64,000 nt of DNA, taken from assembly GCA_963663035.1 (NCBI GenBank), contig OY760074.1, positions 832,001 to 896,000 of the forward strand, written 5' to 3'. Shown here one piece after another: positions 10,488 to 16,931 of the stretch. The translations under genes were made by a program, and so were the position numbers. This stretch comes from Acidobacteriota bacterium (GTDB lineage: Bacteria; Acidobacteriota; UBA6911; RPQK01; JADFOI01). Under the pieces are notes generated by a model, which saw only the letters and a list, made by a program, of their open reading frames with translations, was not told the origin of the DNA and searched no databases. Position 1 is the stretch's first letter, and each line of letters begins with the position of its first letter.

Positions 10488-11576
10488 TTAGGCAGCCCCT
10501 TCCAGGTACTCTTGATTGTTGTACAGCGGTTCATAGGTCTCTCCTGTGACCCACAGATGGTGCAGCAGGACCGAGAGTTTACGAGCCACCGCCACCACGG
10601 CTCGCTTCTTGGCGCTTTTTCCTCCTCTGGAAGCAATCCTCTCCCCATAGCGTCGCAAGTCACAATCCGAGCCAAAAGGTCCCAGGATGTACTGGGAACT
10701 ACCGACCAGTAGTTTGCGAACGAATCGGTCGCCGGCTTTGGTAATCCTCAACTGAGGATCCCGATTCCCGGATTGGTCTTGTCTGGGAGTGAGCCCCAGA
10801 TACGCTCCCACCTGGCGACTTCTTCCAAACCGATGGGCATCCTCGAGGGTCAAAACAAAGGCCAGAGCTGTGATCGGTCCTACTCCTCGAACTTGCTGAA
10901 GGTTCTCGGTGTCCGGATACTTCTGCTGGCACAGTTGCTGAATCTGCCGATCGTATTGGCGGATCTGTGCGGTGAGCTGTTGGATCATCTCCAGCAGGGG
11001 CTCCAAAGCCATCTTCAGGCAACCCGGAATGTGGAGTTTGACCCGATGGGGAAAAGCCTCTGTGGAACAACTGGGCAGACGCTCCCCGAAGGCTTTCACA
11101 GATCCTCGGATAGGATTGACCAGCCGGGTTCGGGCTCTCACCAGCTCATCTCTAGCTTTAACCACCGCCAGGTCCGCTTGAGCGGCTTCGCCCCGATGCT
11201 GAATCGGATACAACAGCTCGGGATCCACTCTTCCTAAACGTCCCAGAAGCTCTCCATCCTTGCGGTCCGATTTCTTTCGGTTCTGGCTGATGAGTCGAAC
11301 CTGTCGGGGATTGGCCACGATTTCTTCGTGTCCTTGCTCCTTGGCTATCGCTTGCACCCACCGAGAGTGGGTTCCCGTTTCCAACACCACCCGCATTTTT
11401 GGCTGAGACTTGAAGAACCTTTCCATGGCTCGTCGTTGAGTCTTCACCCTACCTTCTTCCACTTTCTGTCCTGACTTGTCGATGATGCAGTAGTAGGAAA
11501 ATTTGTCTCCCAGGTCCAAACCCATCGTCAGTTCCGGAATCTGTGTGATCTCTTTGATAGAATCTTTCATGGCCAA
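10488..11576 (-). CDS. IS110 family DEDD transposase/recombinase
   Basis: GLDLGD, VVLETG, KSDRKD (DEDD); GLTPRQDQSG with catalytic Ser; AVVAVARKL. Confidence 0.95.
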   Translation of the reverse strand: MAMKDSIKEITQIPELTMGLDLGDKFSYYCIIDKSGQKVEEGRVKTQRRAMERFFKSQPKMRVVLETGTHSRWVQAIAKEQGHEEIVANPRQVRLISQNRKKSDRKDGELLGRLGRVDPELLYPIQHRGEAAQADLAVVKARDELVRARTRLVNPIRGSVKAFGERLPSCSTEAFPHRVKLHIPGCLKMALEPLLEMIQQLTAQIRQYDRQIQQLCQQKYPDTENLQQVRGVGPITALAFVLTLEDAHRFGRSRQVGAYLGLTPRQDQSGNRDPQLRITKAGDRFVRKLLVGSSQYILGPFGSDCDLRRYGERIASRGGKSAKKRAVVAVARKLSVLLHHLWVTGETYEPLYNNQEYLEGAA

Positions 11577-11732
11577 GCTCCTTTGCTAAAGAGTTAATAT
11601 TTTGCAGCCCAAGCTTTGGGACTGCGTTCCTCTTACTGCAGCTCATTTTAGAGACTGCCTCTGAGGAGTTTGGCCTTCTCATCCTTATCTGCTGCGGATG
11701 AACCTAGAGCAGTAGCTGTCGAATTATCCCAT

Positions 11733-12316
11733 CTATGTTTTTGCCCGCATGTCGGAGTGCTGCCCCATATGCATGATGATATCTACTGTAGTCTGCAATA
11801 TAAGGAATTGAAGCAGAGAAATGCCTGAGCCGCTCACGGGAAGAACAGTCTTAAGCGCGAGGAACATGGGAAACAACCGTAGACCGGGACATACCCAGAA
11901 GGCCGCGACGTTTGGGGTTCCGTTCATGTCTTCCTGCCTATGATGAAAATACGAGAATACATGATTCACCGCAAAAGCCATGATGCATACGGCAAAGCCA
12001 ATATCGCCCATGCCGAGAGCAGGCGCCTTGGCGCCAGTGAGGAATAACAGGAATATGAGGTGAACGGGCCCAAAAAAAACAGAAAATGCCAGGCAAGCAT
12101 CTTTTTTGTTTTCTCCATTGGCTCCACCGGTTGGTAGTTGACGAGCATACCTCCTGTGGAGAACTGCTTCAGATTTAAGGTCCTGCGCCAAGTGAAAAGC
12201 GTCATAATGAGACTCTGTACCCCGTAGATCCACAAGACATCTATGAGGCGCCAACTCTGCCACAAAGCAAAACCGATGGTCACAAGATTGGCAAGAAGGA
12301 GAGATAACACAGACAT
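11733..12316 (-). pseudogene. DUF6498-like membrane protein, frameshifted at a T8 run
   Basis: N-half SLLLANLVT..IDVLWIY.QS and C-half HVFSY..P.LRLFPM..TTVDIIMH lie in different frames; T9 at 12072-12079 would join them. Confidence 0.65.
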
Positions 12317-12476
12317 TAGGGAACACTATGGACCTGTCTGACGAAGACCGCAGTGATGCTAGTCACCACTGAGCCTAGGACGCAGTTGGGGCAGGATTCC
12401 TCCAACCTTTTCTACAGCTTCGATGTTTTCGATTGCCTCCAACCTGCTGCGGATGAATCTTCAGCAGTAGCCTCCC

Positions 12477-12774
12477 GATTTCTCTAATTTTTTATTTTCT
12501 ATTTTTGAGATTGGGACTCCTACCCATTCTCTGACACACAGGCACCGAGATAGACACTCTCCCCCCCCAAGTCAGTCTTCTTTTTAGGAGTCCCAAGGTG
12601 AGGTTTTGTTCTCCAGGGTGACACTGATTTCTCTAATTTTTTATTTTCTATTTTTGAGATTGGGACTCCTACCCATTCTCTGACACACAGGCACCGAGAT
12701 AGACACTCTCCCCCCCCAAGTCAGTCTTCTTTTTAGGAGTCCCAAGGTGAGGTTTTGTTCTCCAGGGTGACACT
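12477..12774. repeat. exact 149-bp tandem duplication, each unit with a 12-bp inverted repeat
   Basis: 12477-12625 equals 12626-12774; TTGGGACTCCTA / TAGGAGTCCCAA inside each unit. Confidence 0.9.
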
Positions 12775-12986
12775 GCAAAAGGGGAGAATGCGGCTCCCGC
12801 CCACACTGAGGGGGAGTGGTCGGATCAGATCCCGCGAGAACCGCACTGACTAATACGCAGAAGCGATCAAGTGGTTTCACTCCAGTGCACAATGGCCTCT
12901 ATCCGGTGGCGCCCTCCTTCGTATCCTCCGCTAAATAGGGGGAGAGGGAGGCCTTCTTCAGGTGGTTTTAACGGCACCACCGAACC

Positions 12987-13205
12987 TCAGCTCTCTTTCT
13001 GAGGTGGTTTAGGGGTACGGGGAGGGGTGGGTCCCCTGCTTTTACCGTTCCAAGGTCTCCAGATTAAGAAACCCCTCGGATAGTTTGGATCCAAGGTTCT
13101 GTCCACGAACCGCGTCTTGGGCTCGAATGACTCAGGCTTACGTTTCCAGAAAGCTGAGTAAAAGCCCACAATCCCGGCGATCAAAGAACCGATACTCTCA
13201 ATCAT
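12987..13205 (-). CDS. small hypothetical protein with N-terminal hydrophobic helix
   Basis: strong SD GGAGGTG before ATG; 72 aa. Confidence 0.55.
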   Translation of the reverse strand: MIESIGSLIAGIVGFYSAFWKRKPESFEPKTRFVDRTLDPNYPRGFLIWRPWNGKSRGPTPPRTPKPPQKES

Positions 13206-13516
13206 TCTTCACCTCCTCTGAATTATCGTCCGCCTCCTGGCACTGCAGTTGAGCAGCCAGAGGTAGACTCGAAAATGACATCAACTGGGAGAAGTCATTG
13301 GAAGCAGAAGGAAGGAAGCCTTTCCATTGCTCTCAATCGAGCCCCATCGTTCCTCCTTTTGGAGGCTGGCTGTGGCACCTTGGTGGCTAACCAGGTTGCC
13401 GTCGCGGTCATCGGGCCAGTCCCTCACGCGACTCTTGATGCAAGCGGAAGTATAGTACTCACTCAACACCCGTGTCACCGGTGCGTAGAAGAATAGAGAG
13501 CGAAAGAGAGGAGAGC

Positions 13517-14035
13517 ATGAGCACTTTTGCTGAGCGCATGATTGGAGCGGCCACACTCGATGTCCATACCTATGAGGAGGTGGAGGCAGATACTACGGCC
13601 ACGACCCAGGCCATGGCTGTCGTGGTGCTCTCCAGCGTCGCCCAGGGAATAGCGGGTCTGACGCAGGGAGGTGGCATGGGCTTTGTTGCCGGTGCAATGG
13701 GGGCTCTGATCGGCTGGTTCATCTGGGCCTTTCTTGTGTACATCATCGGAACCAAAGTTCTTCCCGAGCCACAGACCCGCTCCAATCTAGGAGAACTATT
13801 GCGCACCACTGGGTTCTCTGCCTCCCCAGGACTACTGCGGGTGCTCGGAGTCATCCCGCTTTTGGGCGGGCTGATCATGTTTGCAGTGAGTATCTGGATG
13901 CTGGTTGCCATGATCATCGCGGTGCGGCAAGCACTGGACTATCAGAGCACGGGTCGAGCTGTGGGGGTCTGCCTGATCGGCTGGTTCGTCTTTCTCGTGA
14001 TTTTGATAATGCTTTCGGGGGGAAGAGCCGCCTAG
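13517..14035 (+). CDS. YIP1 family membrane protein
   Basis: RMIGAATLD..TYEEVEAD, LRTTGFSASPG, AVRQALDY. Confidence 0.85.
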   Translation: MSTFAERMIGAATLDVHTYEEVEADTTATTQAMAVVVLSSVAQGIAGLTQGGGMGFVAGAMGALIGWFIWAFLVYIIGTKVLPEPQTRSNLGELLRTTGFSASPGLLRVLGVIPLLGGLIMFAVSIWMLVAMIIAVRQALDYQSTGRAVGVCLIGWFVFLVILIMLSGGRAA

Positions 14036-14100
14036 CTCAGGAGGTAGAAGGCTCACTGCTCCCTGATCTTGACTACCCGTCAAACTCCTCCTGGAAATTT

Positions 14101-14183
14101 TTTGAAGGGGCTGTCTACAGTCAGTACGCGCACAGGGGCCCCGGGGGGACTCTTCAGACAATGTTTGGAAAATGGCCATGTCC
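14101..14183. repeat. diverged ~85-bp direct repeat, copy 1
   Basis: shares CAGTCAGTACGCGCACA, CAGACAATG and AAATGGCCAT with 15558-15644. Confidence 0.8.
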
Positions 14184-14236
14184 ACGGGAAGTAAGGGGGA
14201 AACGATCTTTGGGAGGTACTACTGACACTTCGGGTT

Positions 14237-15457
14237 TCATGTAGCGAGAAGGGTCTGTCGAATCTTCTCCCTTGGAGTTGCCTGACCAACGAAAGCCATC
14301 ATCTTCTCCCAAGATTGCTGGAGCTGACGCAGGTGGTTGAAGACATTGAAATTCGGAGCGGCCTCCACTCCTGCAATCTCAATGTTTCTCAGCGCTTCCC
14401 TCGCGTCTGCCTCCTTCCCCTCCTCGCGATATAGTTTCGCAAGCTTCGCAGAAGCCTGGCTGATCTTTTCCTCCAAGTCATCCCTCAGAAATGCACCTGG
14501 GTAGGGATCCAGGTCTTTTGCCTGAATACAAACCATCCCCTCGACAGGTTCCTGGTCACGAATCTTTGCCCTCTCGTACACAAATCTGAAAATGTCTTGC
14601 CGCAGTTGCTTCCACACCTTGTGGGGTTTAGGTGGAGGCAGATGTTTAATGGAAAGGGTGTTGTCCAGGAAAAACCTGTAGCCGAACATCCGCATATTGA
14701 TGAGAAAATCGATATCCTCTCCACGGGTGATGTTTGTGTCAAAGGGAATATGAGTGAAGACCTCTCGGTGAACAACCATGTTGCCTCCAAACACAAAGGG
14801 TGTTTCTTTCAGGCGAGGCTCTCTACCGATTATTTCCTCAAAAGCTTCGTTCATCCGGTCCATCTGATCCCAGTGCTCCATCCAGGGCATCTTGGGCTTT
14901 GAAAGTCGCCAGTTCCCATCGGGTTGCAAGTAATATCCCGCCACTGCACCCACAAAGTTTCCGTCCATTGATCGTGCGATAAATTCTTGAGCTTTGCTGA
15001 GGTATTCGGGATCCTCGAACACCTCATCATCGTCAATGAGAATTGCGATTTCCGAGTCGAATACATGGGGGATGAACAGACATAGGTTGCGGATGTTTGA
15101 ATACCCTTGGAGCTTGAGAAGCGTAGAGAAGCTCTCCTCCCCCGCTTCTTGCACTACTTTCTGTACTCCCTGGAGGTGTGAGTGGCTGAAGAGGTGAATC
15201 TTCACATCGGTATCCACGGAGCCGATGATGGTTGCCACTTTATGCTCTACTTTATCCTCAATGTCCTCACTGTTGGCGACGGCGATCACCACCACCTCGA
15301 AGTCCTTGTCTCTCAAAACATTTAAGCTCTCCAGAGTCCTTCCCAGTGTCCCTTCCCTGTCCAAGGGAGTGGGATGATCGTAAATAGCGTCTGTTTCCCT
15401 CATTCCCAAGGCGTGTTTCCTGGACCAATAGGATGGAATCACCATGGTCGTTTTCAT
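14237..15457 (-). CDS. GT-A fold (family 2-like) glycosyltransferase
   Basis: MVIPSYW, LIDDDE acidic motif, RGEDID. Confidence 0.75.
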   Translation of the reverse strand: MKTTMVIPSYWSRKHALGMRETDAIYDHPTPLDREGTLGRTLESLNVLRDKDFEVVVIAVANSEDIEDKVEHKVATIIGSVDTDVKIHLFSHSHLQGVQKVVQEAGEESFSTLLKLQGYSNIRNLCLFIPHVFDSEIAILIDDDEVFEDPEYLSKAQEFIARSMDGNFVGAVAGYYLQPDGNWRLSKPKMPWMEHWDQMDRMNEAFEEIIGREPRLKETPFVFGGNMVVHREVFTHIPFDTNITRGEDIDFLINMRMFGYRFFLDNTLSIKHLPPPKPHKVWKQLRQDIFRFVYERAKIRDQEPVEGMVCIQAKDLDPYPGAFLRDDLEEKISQASAKLAKLYREEGKEADAREALRNIEIAGVEAAPNFNVFNHLRQLQQSWEKMMAFVGQATPREKIRQTLLAT

Positions 15458-15557
15458 CAGTCCATCTCCCAGTTGATCTTTGATACTAACAGAGACCCCA
15501 ACACTCTTAACCGGATAGGGTGCAGTTTGACTCTCCGACAATACTATCCCTGAATAT

Positions 15558-15644
15558 TTCAAAAGGGCTGCGTGCAGTCAGTACGCGCACATGGGCCAAC
15601 CCACCGACCCCCCAGACAATGATGGCGGGAAATGGCCATCTCTA
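15558..15644. repeat. diverged ~85-bp direct repeat, copy 2
   Basis: see copy 1. Confidence 0.8.
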
Positions 15645-15780
15645 GCACTCCCGGGCTTGCTCCAATGAACAAGAACCACGTCCCGTGCCTCCAAGGATTA
15701 CTGGTTGCGATCTCCTGCTGATTGTTGGCTTGAATTGTGCTTGGGCAAACCAGGTCTGGAAGGTGAAACTCTGGTCTTTG

Positions 15781-15801
15781 TGGCACCTATATGGCACCTA
15801 T
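15781..15801. repeat. tandem TGGCACCTAT x2, integrase arm-site-like, near the tRNA-Val 3' end
   Basis: 10-bp direct repeat with 11-bp period, 70 bp from the tRNA CCA. Confidence 0.5.
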
Positions 15802-15871
15802 GGGCTCAGTATGAAGACAGTGCGAGGTCTTAGGATTAGGTATAAGATATTGTTTATAAACCAGTTATATC

Positions 15872-15947
15872 TGGTGGGCGGTACAGGACTTGAACCTGTG
15901 ACTTCCTCCTTGTAAGGGAGGCGCTCTGCCAGCTGAGCTAACCGCCC
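15872..15947 (-). tRNA. tRNA-Val(TAC)
   Basis: GGGCGGTTAGCTCAGCTGG...CCTCCCTTACAAGGAGG...GTTCAAGTC...CCGCCCACCA cloverleaf. Confidence 0.97.
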
Positions 15948-15994
15948 AGGTTGGATGAGGGGAGGGGCACAATCAGCTCGTAGTATAGCCGATT

Positions 15995-16237
15995 CTACAT
16001 ATTCTTTTGCAAGAAGGACTTGAGGCGGTCTTCCACTTCTTCTGGAATTTCAACTTGTTGATCCTGCAGCTGCTCGGCCATCTCGGAGCAGGCTCGATAC
16101 GACTTGAGAAAGTTGAGACAGGAAGGGCAAGCAGTGAAGTGCCGGTCCAGCTTCTCCTGAGTCTCAGGTTCCAGACTCTCCTCCAGGTAATCCACTAGTA
16201 AGTCAAAACAGTCCTTGCACTTAAAAATGTGCTTCAT
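15995..16237 (-). CDS. zf-HC2 anti-sigma factor
   Basis: HFTACPSC (HxxxCxxC); coupled to the ECF sigma gene. Confidence 0.88.
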   Translation of the reverse strand: MKHIFKCKDCFDLLVDYLEESLEPETQEKLDRHFTACPSCLNFLKSYRACSEMAEQLQDQQVEIPEEVEDRLKSFLQKNM

Positions 16238-16836
16238 GCTTTGCCCTCAAGGTAGCTCTCCAATTTCTTGCGTACGAACAACCGCGCCCGATGAATTCGC
16301 GTCTTGGCAGTGGCCTCCTTCAGACCCAGCAGGGAAGCGATTCGCCTGATCGGATATCCCTCAATATCCTTCAAAGCCAGTGCAAAGCGATATTCAAAGG
16401 GCAGCGACTGGATGGCCTCGTATAACTGGCTGGAGAGTTCTGCATTCAGCATGACATCTTCTGGATCCACCGACCAGCTGAAGACCGAACTCTGAAGGTA
16501 GCCATCCTCGGAAAAGTCGGGAGTGAAGGTCTCAAGCTGGATCTCCTGTTTGCGTTTGGCCCGATTCTTTCTCAGCCACATGATGGAGTTGTTGATGGCG
16601 ATCCGCTTCATCCACGGCCAGATGTCACTCTCTTCTCGAAAGGTGTCGATCTTACGAATGACCCTGAGCAAAGTATCCTGCAAAATCTCTTCTGCATCGG
16701 GGGGATTTTTAGTGTAATTCAGGATCACACCAAACAGAGGTCGGGAGAACTGCTGGACGAAACCATCAATCACTACCGAATCGTGACTCTTGAGGCCCTG
16801 GATGAGCTGCTGCTGTCCCAATTCCTTGGTTCTCAT
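16234..16836 (-). CDS. ECF RNA polymerase sigma factor
   Basis: DAEEILQDT, WMKRIAIN, TAKTRIHRAR. Confidence 0.9.
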   Translation of the reverse strand: MRTKELGQQQLIQGLKSHDSVVIDGFVQQFSRPLFGVILNYTKNPPDAEEILQDTLLRVIRKIDTFREESDIWPWMKRIAINNSIMWLRKNRAKRKQEIQLETFTPDFSEDGYLQSSVFSWSVDPEDVMLNAELSSQLYEAIQSLPFEYRFALALKDIEGYPIRRIASLLGLKEATAKTRIHRARLFVRKKLESYLEGKA

Positions 16837-16931
16837 TGCCTGCCCTTGAACTCATACCATACAGAAAACCTGGCTATCTGGGAAGCCCTGCTCAATTGCA
16901 CTAGCGTCTTCGGAGTTGATACGATTCTCAT

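Larger units (their letters stand above)
10160..11688 (-). mobile_element. IS110 family, IS1111-type insertion sequence
   Basis: sub-terminal IRs ATGAGAAGGCC (10163-10173) and GGCCTTCTCAT (11672-11682); CT core at 10158-10159 and 11689-11690; long non-coding region downstream of the transposase. Confidence 0.92.
10092..11715 (+). pseudogene. orphan 3' gene fragment encoding LKVDSSYDPFRDDPRFHDLLLRMNLEQ*, interrupted by the IS110 element
   Basis: joining 10092-10159 to 11691-11715 restores one in-frame peptide resembling the C-terminus of TPR-containing kinase/adenylate-cyclase-like proteins. Confidence 0.7.

Noticed and set aside
12366-12378. 13-bp match CCACTGAGCCTAG shared with about 63058-63070
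   Set aside because: It is best explained as a TAGGCT -10 element plus chance similarity, and is too short to call an att site.
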